From NCBI GenBank assembly GCA_963695345.1, contig OY968769.1:1184001-1248000 (forward strand): a DNA stretch of 64,000 nucleotides. The letters are read 5' to 3'. Both the position numbers and the translations under genes were made by a program. This document shows positions 48,047-57,910 of this stretch, piece by piece; positions within the stretch are counted from its first letter, which is position 1, and each line of letters starts with the position of its first letter. The notes beneath the pieces were generated by a model. It searched no databases. It worked only from the letters and a program-made list of their open reading frames with translations, and had not been told where the DNA came from. The stretch comes from an uncultured Methanomassiliicoccales archaeon. Lineage in GTDB: Archaea > Thermoplasmatota > Thermoplasmata > Methanomassiliicoccales > UBA472.

Positions 48047-48430
48047 TTGAATACCCTGGTGCGCATTTCTCCCGACATGACCAAGCCGTTTCTGACCGAG
48101 AGAGCCCCTATGCTGGCCTCTCTCTTTCTTATCGGGGGTGCGATGCTCAGCGCCCTCGGTATCATAGGATTGACGATGACCGATGTGCTCAAACTGGGAT
48201 CGTGGGATTATTGGTTAGTCATGGTGGGAGTGCCATTGCTTCTGATCGGTGTCATATGGCTTTGGATCTATCTCGCCAGGGTGAAACATTTCCGTAAAGA
48301 GCTTCAGGAGAAGAGCAAAGCGAATTTCTTGAAGAATATGGATGATACCGAGTACCTCGCCTGGCGGCTGCCAACTAAGTTTGAAAAAGAGCTGGAAAGC
48401 AAGAAAGTCGAGTTCAACATCAAGAAGTAA
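48047..48430 (+). CDS. Small two-TM membrane protein (DUF3198-like)
   Basis: Two TM helices then SKANFLKN.DD.EYLAWRLP. Confidence 0.65.
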   Translation: MNTLVRISPDMTKPFLTERAPMLASLFLIGGAMLSALGIIGLTMTDVLKLGSWDYWLVMVGVPLLLIGVIWLWIYLARVKHFRKELQEKSKANFLKNMDDTEYLAWRLPTKFEKELESKKVEFNIKK

Positions 48431-48448
48431 TGTTGAGCTTGGAGGGGC

Positions 48449-48470
48449 ACCCCTACATTTCCGGTGGAAC
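48449..48470 (-). promoter_or_regulatory. Origin recognition box (ORB) overlapping the hflX 3' end
   Basis: GTTCCACCGGAAATGTAGGGGT, 19/22 identical to the ORB at 49861. Confidence 0.75.
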
Positions 48471-49835
48471 CGTATTATCCCGGGCCGGGTCGTTCGGGAT
48501 GACGGATCCGTCGAGCGCAATGACGGACTTGGCGATACGGTCCCGGTCATCCAATTTGCATCGAAGCGAGACCTTCGTGATCGGACCGTATTCGATCGAG
48601 ATGACATCGCAGATATCGTATAGCCCGGAGAGCAGACTTTGTAGTTCTCCGGATTGGGGAGCGGCGAAATTGAGCTCGATAGGATAGGTGAACTTCTCGA
48701 GTATCTTCGTTCTCAATACATCTAATCCGTAGTCATTCTTTACTGAGGTAAGAACGATCTCTGATTGAGGGAATTCAGCCCTAACAACATCGATCCTCTC
48801 TTTCATTCCAAACCTTAATAGATCGGTCTTATTCAGAACAACGACGATGTTCAACGGATCAATTTCCGGAAGAAGAATACCTTTTGACGTTCTCAATTTC
48901 CTTATGACTTCTGGCATATCATCGGAAGAATCTAGGACTAGCAGCACTAGATCCGCATTGAAGATGTCCTCAATCGTGTTGCGGAACGATTCGATCATGA
49001 AGTGAGGAAGGTTTTCCAGGAAACCGATCGTATCGGTCAGGAGGATTTCTTTCTTGACATTCTCCATTTTTCTTGTTGTGGTGGATAGTGTAGAGAACAT
49101 TTTGTTTTCTATTATGACACTCTCACCGGTCATTTTCTTCATCAACGAGGATTTTCCGGCATTTGTGTAACCAGCGAGACAGACAAGATAGAATCCTTTT
49201 TTCTTGCGTTGCTGTCTCCGAAGAGCCTGATCATCTTTCATGCTTTTTAAATCGGTATCGATCTTCTTCATTCTCTTCTTGATAAGGTCGTAATAGGTGT
49301 TGATGGCATATTCACCACCACCGAGGAATCCTGGATGCTCCCCAGCCTTAGCATTGTGGATCCATTCCTTGAGAAAAGGCATTTCATATTGCAGCTTCGC
49401 TTTTTCAACCTGCAACATGGCCTCCTTGCTATGGGCTCTTTTTGTAAAGATGTTCAGAACAACCTTGATCCTGTCCACACACTCGATCTTTAGTGTATTC
49501 TCCAAGATATAGTGCTGACCGGGTTCCAGCTCACCGTTTATCAGAAGTACCTCAACTGGATTCTCTTCCAGAATGGTCTTGATCTCGTCAAGTTTTCCCT
49601 TTCCCACGAAATATGAAGGGTCTGAATATCTTCTTTCTTGTATTATCTCATAGAGAATGTCATATCCTGCAGTATCGGCCAACTCCTCAACCTCAGCAAC
49701 GCGACTGTTAATTGTCACTAGTGCAGCGGTGATTTTCTTTTCCGTGCGGTCGACCAAAAGAACCCTTCCCTCTTTCCTTATGACTGATTTGATGATATTC
49801 TTTTTGTACCGGTCTATCCAAGAAATTGGCCCCAC
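48453..49835 (-). CDS. hflX: GTPase HflX (true start probably ~49757)
   Basis: E..ELA.TAGY, FVGKGKL, IF..RA, GYTNAGKSSL, FSTLSTT, DTIGF, NKTD. Confidence 0.93.
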   Translation of the reverse strand: MGPISWIDRYKKNIIKSVIRKEGRVLLVDRTEKKITAALVTINSRVAEVEELADTAGYDILYEIIQERRYSDPSYFVGKGKLDEIKTILEENPVEVLLINGELEPGQHYILENTLKIECVDRIKVVLNIFTKRAHSKEAMLQVEKAKLQYEMPFLKEWIHNAKAGEHPGFLGGGEYAINTYYDLIKKRMKKIDTDLKSMKDDQALRRQQRKKKGFYLVCLAGYTNAGKSSLMKKMTGESVIIENKMFSTLSTTTRKMENVKKEILLTDTIGFLENLPHFMIESFRNTIEDIFNADLVLLVLDSSDDMPEVIRKLRTSKGILLPEIDPLNIVVVLNKTDLLRFGMKERIDVVRAEFPQSEIVLTSVKNDYGLDVLRTKILEKFTYPIELNFAAPQSGELQSLLSGLYDICDVISIEYGPITKVSLRCKLDDRDRIAKSVIALDGSVIPNDPARDNTVPPEM

Positions 49836-49860
49836 CGAGAGGCATTCCCGGCTTTTTCGG

Positions 49861-49882
49861 TCTCCACCGGAAATGAAGGGGT
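49861..49882 (+). promoter_or_regulatory. Origin recognition box (ORB)
   Basis: TCTCCACCGGAAATGAAGGGGT matches the archaeal TCCA..GGAAA...GGGG pattern; upstream of cdc6. Confidence 0.85.
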
Positions 49883-50015
49883 CCGGGTAAATCCAGATAA
49901 AGAAGGTTCGTTACGCTTTGAAACCTGCGTTTCACCTCGAATCTTATGGGAAAGATAAAAAAAGGTTTCAAGTACGCTAGTGGTTAATCACCTATTCCTT
50001 CACCTGAAGATAGGT

Positions 50016-50037
50016 TCTCCACAGGAAACCGTGGGGT
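50016..50037 (+). promoter_or_regulatory. Origin recognition box (ORB)
   Basis: TCTCCACAGGAAACCGTGGGGT, 17/22 identical to the 49861 copy. Confidence 0.8.
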
Positions 50038-50079
50038 GATCCTGTCTATCTTTCACTTTCAAATCAGAGGCAACCACCG

Positions 50080-51318
50080 ATGGACACCAACGTCTTCGAG
50101 AAACACTTGGAACGGAAACAGATATTCAAAAGGAACAACCGAGAGATTCTCAGACCATCCTATATCCCTGACGTTCTGCCCCACCGCCAAGAGGAGATCA
50201 ATTCCCTGGCCTCGGTTCTAGTGACCGCTCTGAAAGGGGAAAGGCCCTCCAACATCCTCATATTCGGTAAGACCGGGACCGGTAAGACCGCCTGCGTCAA
50301 GTACATCGGTAACGAGATAAAGAAAGCCGACGGGGAGAACAGCAAGGTCACTTTCATTTACATGAACTGTGAGATAGTCGACACACCCTATGGTGTCATG
50401 CAGAACATCGGTAACCAGTTCATCCAGAATTTCACCCAGCGAATACCATTCACCGGTCTCAGCATCATGCAGGTCTACAACCTCTTGAGGGACAAGTTGG
50501 ACGAGCAGGACCAGGTGATAATCATCGCCCTCGATGAGATCGATAAGCTGGTCTACAAGAGCGGTGACGATGTCCTGTACTATCTTTCAAAGATCAACGA
50601 CGATCTGAAGAAGGCCCGTGTTTCCATCATTGGGATCTCCAACGACCTTCTCTTCACCGACATGCTCGACTCCCGCGTCCGTTCCCGTATGGAGGGGGAG
50701 AAGATGGTCTTCCCGCCCTACAACGCCGAGCAGCTCCGGGACATCCTGAACCAGAGGGCCCTGCTCTCTTTCGACGATGAGATCCTCGAGTCGGCGGTGA
50801 TACCATTGTGCGCCGCCCTGGCAGCCCAGGAGCATGGCGACGCACGCCGGGCGTTGGACCTGTTGCGCATAGCTGCGGAGATAGCTGAGCGGGAGAACTG
50901 CGATAAGGTCACCGAACTGCATGTCTACAAAGCAAAGAACAAGATGGAGCTGGACTGTGTCAGCGAGGCGATAAGGACGCTGCCTTCCCAATCGAAGCTG
51001 GTCCTGATGTGCGTGATAGTTCTGAACGAGGGCGGGATGGAACGGCTTACCACCGGCGACGTCTACGAGAAGTACAAGGACCTCAGCCGGATCGTTGGGC
51101 TAAGCGTCCTGACACAGCGCCGCATCACCGACCTGCTGTCCGAGCTGGACATGATGGGCATAATCCACGCCAAGGTCCGTTCCTTCGGTCGCGGAGGCAG
51201 GACAAAGGAGATCGACCTGAGCGTTCCCCCCCATGAGATCAAGAAGGTCCTGGAGGAGGACGACACATTCCAGGCCCTGAAGAACTACAAGCCCAAGGGG
51301 CAGACCACCCTTATCTGA
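50080..51318 (+). CDS. cdc6: Orc1/Cdc6 replication initiator
   Basis: Y.P..LPHR, GKTGTGKT, LDEIDKL, FPPYNAEQL, GDARRALDLLR, wH with S.GRGGRT. Confidence 0.96.
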   Translation: MDTNVFEKHLERKQIFKRNNREILRPSYIPDVLPHRQEEINSLASVLVTALKGERPSNILIFGKTGTGKTACVKYIGNEIKKADGENSKVTFIYMNCEIVDTPYGVMQNIGNQFIQNFTQRIPFTGLSIMQVYNLLRDKLDEQDQVIIIALDEIDKLVYKSGDDVLYYLSKINDDLKKARVSIIGISNDLLFTDMLDSRVRSRMEGEKMVFPPYNAEQLRDILNQRALLSFDDEILESAVIPLCAALAAQEHGDARRALDLLRIAAEIAERENCDKVTELHVYKAKNKMELDCVSEAIRTLPSQSKLVLMCVIVLNEGGMERLTTGDVYEKYKDLSRIVGLSVLTQRRITDLLSELDMMGIIHAKVRSFGRGGRTKEIDLSVPPHEIKKVLEEDDTFQALKNYKPKGQTTLI

Positions 51319-51325
51319 TGGTCCG

Positions 51326-52273
51326 TCAATCCTTCTTCTTTTTTGTCTGCTTGACCGGCTTCTCTTCCGCATCGGGCTTCTTGGGCTTCATCCTCAACGC
51401 TGCCCTCACCCTGCCCCACATATCTATGCCTTTTCTGCGAAGCGCGTACTCTGTGACATCAAGCACGATCGGGATTGCCACAATGACCACAATGGTAAGG
51501 ACCAGGTCGGTCTTGCTGTTCTCCGGGGTCTGGGCTGGCATATTGCCCGCCCACCCAGAGCTTTATGAGGCCGAACCACGGGATCTCGCCGCGGGCCTCC
51601 CCGACGATCCATTGCGCGATCACCGGTTGACGCGCTATGTTGGCCATCGGTGACTGGTCATACAGGAGGTTGTGGTCTCCCTTGGTGATCAGTCCGCCAT
51701 GGGGGGCGATGCCGTTGGACTCGTAGTAGCTGAGAAGGCTCGATAGATGTGATGGTTACTTTCTGGTCCCGATATCCCACATGATAGAGCTCTAGAGAAG
51801 AGGTAAGGTTCCACCATCTTCCGCTGTGCTGCCCCCCTGACGCTCCATTTGTCGAAGGGGACATTGGCCAGCGAGGGGATGTCGAAACTGTATGATGTGC
51901 TGTTGAACTCCAGTTCCACGATCGCCCGGTGTATGACCGGTTTGGCAAGAACGCTGCCGTCCCGATTGTATATGACCACATCCCCATAATCCCCATACGT
52001 CTGGTAGCCCTCGTTGAGGCTGGACACATAGGTCTTGATCTCCGACAGTGAAGAAATGGTCTTGACGACGACCAGGTCTCCGGTGTCGATCACTCCGATA
52101 TAGCTGGTGGTGTCGGAATGCTGCATGCTCTCGGACTCCACGACCACCAGGGGTGGCCAGAGTCCGCTGTAGGCGAACAGGCCGAGGATGATCACAATGA
52201 CGATAGCCGCTGCGATGAACAAACCTTTGAAACCCTTCAAGGCCTTGATCATTTTGTCCGCGGTGTCGCTCAC
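51326..52273 (-). CDS. Signal peptidase I (S26, Sec11-like); several indels
   Basis: PP.VVVESESMQH, GVIDTGD, GDVVIY, PVIHRA, ITKGD.N in another frame, G.ARGEIPWFGLIKL. Confidence 0.85.
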
Positions 52274-52549
52274 AGCCCGGTTAAAAGCGGTGGTTGTTCA
52301 TTATGATTTCTAGCAATTCAATGTCTTTAAAAGACCATTAGCATCAGTTTGCCACTAGCATCGGTGGATTGGCCGTCCATCCACTTGGACCGGACAGGTG
52401 AACGACCCGTTATGGCAAGTGCCTGCAGTGCAACAGGATGGCTGCATCAGGCGGGGCGACTGATACCGGTCCTCCGCACGATGCTAGAGTCCTTCCTCAG
52501 TCGAATCAATCCAAAAGTCCAAGGCCCATCAAGCAGTAGGAATATTGTT

Positions 52550-53041
52550 ATGTCGGAAGGGGTTTCACCAACAAGCATGACTCACCCCTCAGTGAGACCG
52601 GACAACGACACCTATTTCATGAGCATGGCCGAGCTTGTGGCAACAAGATCGACCTGCTTGAGGCGAAAGGTTGGGGCGGTGATCGTCAAGGAAAAGAGGG
52701 TTCTCACAACGGGCTACAACGGCGCCCCAAAAGGCATCCGCCATTGTGAGGAAGTAGGTTGCGTTCGACTGGAGAACCATATCCAGTCAGGAACGAGGCA
52801 CGAGCTCTGCCGTGGGGTACATGCAGAACAGAACGCGGTCATTCAGGCCGCCTATTTCGGGGTCAGCATCAAGGATGCGGCGGTCTATTCCACCAATTTT
52901 CCTTGCGTACTCTGCGCGAAAATCTTATTGAACGCCGGAATAATCGAGATCATCTACAAGGACGACTACGTCGATGAACTCTCACGGTCGATCCTTTCCG
53001 AGGCAAAGGTAAATGTAAGGCATTTCGAGCCTAAATATTGA
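52550..53041 (+). CDS. dCMP deaminase (cytidine/deoxycytidylate deaminase family)
   Basis: RSTC.RR.VGAVIV, TGYNG, HAEQNA, PC..C; start at 52550 or 52577. Confidence 0.92.
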   Translation: MSEGVSPTSMTHPSVRPDNDTYFMSMAELVATRSTCLRRKVGAVIVKEKRVLTTGYNGAPKGIRHCEEVGCVRLENHIQSGTRHELCRGVHAEQNAVIQAAYFGVSIKDAAVYSTNFPCVLCAKILLNAGIIEIIYKDDYVDELSRSILSEAKVNVRHFEPKY

Positions 53042-53264
53042 TAATAGTTAATATATATTATTTGATATATTGAACAAGAACAGTTCTTTGATGGGCTTTA
53101 TCATACCATTTGAGCGGATGATCTACCGCCATCCCTACGATTCCCAAGTGGAATTGACAAAAAAGCCCCTTGAAAACCTTCGTTAGGGGAGCCATGTTAG
53201 ACATTAGCAAATCCTTTAAATATAGTAAAAATATTCCCAACCTGAACCTCCGGGGGCGAGTCCT

Positions 53265-53585
53265 GTGACTAGGGCTGACACACTTCTTCAGATAAAAGAC
53301 GCGGAAGCAAAAGCGTCACAGATAATGATTGAGGCGGACGAGAAGCAGAGGACAATAGTTGCCTCGGCGAGAAAGGACGCCGTCAGAAAGATCCAAGATG
53401 CTGAGGAGAAGCAGAGGGCGGAATTTGAATCCGCGTATTCTGCCGAAAAGGCAAAGGTATCGTCTCAAAGGGACGATATTCTCTCCAAGGGAAAGGCGGA
53501 AGCCTCCAGCGTCAAGGCAAAGGCCGAGCAAAACATTCCAAAGGCCAAAGCGCAATTGAAGCAGGCCTTCGAAGCGAACATCTGA
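53265..53585 (+). CDS. A1Ao ATP synthase subunit H (G/H stalk)
   Basis: L..IK.AE..A coiled coil; first gene of the operon. Confidence 0.85.
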   Translation: MTRADTLLQIKDAEAKASQIMIEADEKQRTIVASARKDAVRKIQDAEEKQRAEFESAYSAEKAKVSSQRDDILSKGKAEASSVKAKAEQNIPKAKAQLKQAFEANI

Positions 53586-53596
53586 GAGGATTTTAG

Positions 53597-55712
53597 ATGA
53601 TAATGCCAGAGAAAATGACTAGGATCCTGGTCGTAGGGTCCAAGGAATCCCTATCGCAGACCATAGACATCCTGTATGGTTTGGAGACAGTTCACCTAGT
53701 GGATTTCTCAGCGGATGAGCCAGGGTTTTCCTTGGGTTCACCATTGTCGACTGCGTCGGACGCCTCTCAGAAGCTTCTGAAGCTCCGTTCGATGGAAAGG
53801 GACCTTGACATCAAGGAGGTCAAGGGAATGGAGATCGAGGTCATCCCGATAGGGAAGATCAACTCCGAGGTGGACGAGACCATCAACGGGCTCGAGGCTG
53901 AGATCGTCGGGGTCGTCGAGACCAAGGTCAAGGCCCAGGCTAGACTGCACGAGATCGAACAGAAAAAGAAACAGCTCGAACCGTTCATGTCATTGCCCCT
54001 ACCTATTGAGCTATACTCAGGATATGAGAACCTGACGGTCTTCTTGGGGCAGATCAAGCAAGACCCGACCGCGGGACTGACACAGGCGGTCAAGCAGTTC
54101 GAGATATACAAATCAGATGAGGGCAACTTCGTCGCGGTATTCACTCCCAAGGCGGAGGCGGCAGAGGCGCAGAAAATCCTGATCCAGAACGGCTTCACGG
54201 AAACAATTGCACCTACCGGAAGAGGACTTCCCGCGGAAGAAGTAAAGAGGCTTGACGAGGAGTACGCGGTCGAAAAGAAGACCGCCGACGACGCGTCCGA
54301 GAAGGTCACCAGCCTCAGGGAGAAACACCAATCGTTCATCCTTGCCTCGGACGAGCACCTGAGCATAGTCGTAGAAAAGGCCGAGACGCCCATAAGGCTT
54401 GGAACCACTGCCCACACATTTGCGATGGACGCATGGGTACCTTCCGCCGACATCGGCGCCATCGAGAAGGAGCTCACATCGAAGCTGGGAGACAAGGTCC
54501 TCCTGGAGGTCATCAATGAAGCCCCGAGGGTAGAAGCTCACGAACCGGCAGCACGCCCCGGGATTGCCTCACAAGGAACCGTTGGAAAAGGTTCCGACGC
54601 TGCAACGTAACGGCAAAACGGTCAAACGTTTCGAGTTCCTGACCGAGCTCATCTCCACACCGCGGTATAACGAAATCGACCCCAGCATTTTCTTGTCCAT
54701 CACATTCCCGATATTCTTCGGTCTGATGGTCGGAGACATCGGATACGGAATACCGTTCCTTATCCTGGGAGCGCTTGGGCTGAAGAAGTGCACGAGCAAG
54801 GAATGGCGCACAATCGCAACCATGCTCTTCTACGGCGGTATATGGGCGACCCTGTTCGGTTTCGTCTTGTTCGGGGAAGCTTTCGGTCTGCATTTCGCAC
54901 CCAGATGGGAGCTCGCAACCTCCGGCTTTGCGAGTCTGGAAGCCTTGGAGGCTGCCATACCTTTGGGAAATGAGATGACCTGGTCAAGCTTGACAGGGAT
55001 CGAGTTCCCACACAACCTACTGGGGATCCCGATTGGTATCTTCAGCAAACTGAACGATGTTAAGATCCTCCTCTGGATAACGATTTGGATCGGCATAATC
55101 CACCTGTACCTCGGTTTCGGATTGGGGTTCGTGAACAAGGCCATGAGGCACGGAATGAAACACGCCTTCATGGAAAGGGGAAGCTGGCTCTTCATACTCA
55201 CCGGAGGAGTGTTCCTCCTGGTATACATGGTCAGCACCCTGATCGCACCCTGGTTGATCGACAGTTCGCTCGCGACTATCTGCATGATAATGGGTATCGC
55301 GACCCTTGTGCCTGGGATAGTCATCCTGTTCCTGGCAGAGGGAGCAACATCGATACTTGAGCTACCGGGTCTGCTGAGCAACATAATTTCTTACGCTCGT
55401 CTGGCTGCAGTCGGCATGTCCAAGGCGGGTCTGGCGCTGGCCTTCAACACCATCGCCTTCCAAACCATTTTGGGCTTCGACCCTCATGCAGCCCAGGCGG
55501 CGACCTTCACAAATGCGAGCATTGTGTTGATCATCGTTGCGGTGGCGATATTGATAGTAGGACATCTGACGGTGTTCATCCTAGGGATCCTATCGGCCGG
55601 AATGCACGGCATTAGGCTTCACTATGTTGAGCTCTTCCAAAAATTCTACGAGGGCGGCGGCGTAAAGTTCAACCCGCTGAGAATAGTGAGAAAGCGTACA
55701 AGCGAGAGGTGA
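53597..55712 (+). CDS. atpI: A1Ao ATP synthase subunit I (a); indel near 54560
   Basis: PEKM, WVP, P.Y.EIDP, FG.MVGD.GYG, SYARL.A, H..RLHYVE.F.KFY.GGG..F.P. Confidence 0.93.
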
Positions 55713-55717
55713 ATAGA

Positions 55718-55939
55718 ATGGCAATAGAGTCTGGATTAATTGCAATAGGAGCAGGAATAGCAGTGGGAATGGCCGGAGTAGGCTCCGGTATCGGCGAAGG
55801 TCCAATTGGAGCAGCGGCAGTCGGCGCAATGGCCGAGGACGAGAAGCTCTTCGGTAAGGGCCTGGTCATGACTGTTATCCCTGAGACAATCGTTATCTTC
55901 GGTCTGGTCATGGCAATTCTGCTCTGGATCAAGATGTAA
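55718..55939 (+). CDS. atpK: A1Ao ATP synthase subunit K (c), single hairpin
   Basis: GxGxG helix and PET carboxylate; 73 aa. Confidence 0.95.
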   Translation: MAIESGLIAIGAGIAVGMAGVGSGIGEGPIGAAAVGAMAEDEKLFGKGLVMTVIPETIVIFGLVMAILLWIKM

Positions 55940-55981
55940 ATAGGCAATAAGACTGAAAAAAAGGGAACAGGGGGCCCATTC

Positions 55982-56539
55982 ATGGCACTGGATAAGGTAG
56001 TCGGAAACATACTGGAAACCGCCAACATGGAAGAAGCGGCGAAAATAGCGACCGCGGAGAAAGAGAGGGCAACCATCCTTCATCAAGCTGACGAGACGAT
56101 CGCAAATAAGAAAAAGGCTCAAGAGAAGGAACTGGAAATTGTCCTAAAACGCCTGAGGCAGCAGGAGATTTCCAGCGCCGAGCTTGAGGCCAAGAGGATC
56201 GTGCTGAACGCCAAGAAGGAGATACTTGATAAATCATATCAGGAGACTCTCAAAGATTTGGAGTCCATGTCGGTAGCGGAGAAGACAAAGGTTTATCAAA
56301 CGATCTTGACCAAAGCCAAAAAGATCATCCCAAAGCCCAAGGTGTTCTGCCCAAGGGGTGAGTCCCGTCTTGTCCAGAATGATAGTGAAATTATGTCTGT
56401 GACCGAGACAGACATGGCCCCCGGACTGATCCTGGAAAGCCATGATGGGACCGTCCGCCTGGATTACAGATTCAATACGATGCTCGGGGCGGTCTGGGAA
56501 AAGGAACTGAAGAACGTATCAAACGTTCTGTTCGGGTGA
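55982..56539 (+). CDS. atpE: A1Ao ATP synthase subunit E
   Basis: Coiled coil then G.I.ES.DG.VR.D..F...LF; operon position. Confidence 0.9.
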   Translation: MALDKVVGNILETANMEEAAKIATAEKERATILHQADETIANKKKAQEKELEIVLKRLRQQEISSAELEAKRIVLNAKKEILDKSYQETLKDLESMSVAEKTKVYQTILTKAKKIIPKPKVFCPRGESRLVQNDSEIMSVTETDMAPGLILESHDGTVRLDYRFNTMLGAVWEKELKNVSNVLFG

Positions 56540-56543
56540 ATGA

Positions 56544-57605
56544 ATGTTCGGAAAGAGGGGTAGAAAGGGCAATTACGCATATGCCTGTGCTAGGGTCAAA
56601 GCGAAGAAGAAGTTCCTCCTCGATAAGGAAACCTACCCCAAGCTCATGATGATGGACCTGAGTGAGATCGGAAGATTCCTGGGAGAGACGCAATACAAGG
56701 AGGAGATGACCTCGTTAGCGTCCCGATATGAGGGGGTCAACCTGATCGAGCTCGGTACCAGCCTGAACCTCGCCAGAACGAACAGACAGGTTCTAAGTTT
56801 CTGTACTGGGGACCTTCACGAAATGGTGGAAAAGTACCTGGCTCGTTGGGACATGTGGAATCTTAAGACGATTGTCCGGGGAAAGTTCTACGGAGCCACA
56901 GCCGAGGAGATCCAAGAGGACATCGTGGCCGCTGGGAAGATGAGCGTGGAAAGCCTGAACTTCTTGATATCGCTGTCCACCGTCAGGGACGTATTGGACG
57001 AGGTCAAGAATAAGACCGATATCGCAGTCCCGGAAGAGATCAAATCGATGTACGAAAGCACTGGGACCCTGGCTCCGATAGAAGACTATCTGGACCGGTT
57101 GTTCTATGAGAGACTCGTGGCCAGTGTCTCCGGCAACACGAGACCGCAAAGGTATCTCATGACATTCGTAAGGAAGGAGATCGATGTGACCAACCTTATG
57201 ACGCTTCTCAAGCTCAAGCGCGAAGGAATCGAGATAGAAAGGATTGGTGGTTACTTCATTGATGGCGGTCAAGAACTGCCGCTGAGGGAGCTTAACCGAC
57301 TGGCCGGCATGGAGTCGCTCGAGGCCACAATGGGGGAGCTCACCAAGCTTTCCTTCTACGAACAAATAAAGGAGGCTCTGGAGAAGGCAAAGGAGAGGAA
57401 TTCGCTGACGTTCGTCGCCCTGGCGCTGCAAAGGCACCTGGCAGCACAGTCTCAGAAGTTCTCTCATATGTATCCGCTCTCCGTTCTCCCGATTATCGAT
57501 TACATGATCAGGAAGAAGATCGAGGTCGACAATATCAGGATCATCGCTCGTGGAAAAGAGAGCAAGCTTGATGTCGACCATATCAAAGAACTACTGGTGG
57601 TATAA
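56544..57605 (+). CDS. atpC: A1Ao ATP synthase subunit C
   Basis: YAY..ARV, WD..N.KT..RG, EID..NL, EV.NIR.I.RG. Confidence 0.92.
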   Translation: MFGKRGRKGNYAYACARVKAKKKFLLDKETYPKLMMMDLSEIGRFLGETQYKEEMTSLASRYEGVNLIELGTSLNLARTNRQVLSFCTGDLHEMVEKYLARWDMWNLKTIVRGKFYGATAEEIQEDIVAAGKMSVESLNFLISLSTVRDVLDEVKNKTDIAVPEEIKSMYESTGTLAPIEDYLDRLFYERLVASVSGNTRPQRYLMTFVRKEIDVTNLMTLLKLKREGIEIERIGGYFIDGGQELPLRELNRLAGMESLEATMGELTKLSFYEQIKEALEKAKERNSLTFVALALQRHLAAQSQKFSHMYPLSVLPIIDYMIRKKIEVDNIRIIARGKESKLDVDHIKELLVV

Positions 57606-57898
57606 TGGACATAGCCGTTCTGGGCAGCAATGAATTCGTCCTCGGCTTCAGACTGGGAGGCGTCAAGCGCGTCTATACAGTGAAGCCGGAGAACTACGAG
57701 CAGAAGCTCATGGAGCTCATAGCGGACTCGACGATTGGCGTGCTGGCCATCGATTCTGTTGATACTGAAATGTTAAGCCCTAACGGCCGGAAGAAGGCGA
57801 TGGAATCCATCGCCCCGGTTGTAGTTATGGTGGGCGCAAAAGAAGGCGACCTCAGAGAGAAGGTCAAGAGAGCAATTGGCGTGGATCTGTACAAGTAA
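57605..57898 (+). CDS. atpF: A1Ao ATP synthase subunit F
   Basis: IAVLG....V.GFRLGG, KVKRAIGVDL. Confidence 0.93.
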   Translation: MDIAVLGSNEFVLGFRLGGVKRVYTVKPENYEQKLMELIADSTIGVLAIDSVDTEMLSPNGRKKAMESIAPVVVMVGAKEGDLREKVKRAIGVDLYK

Positions 57899-57910
57899 TG
57901 AGGGGTAATT

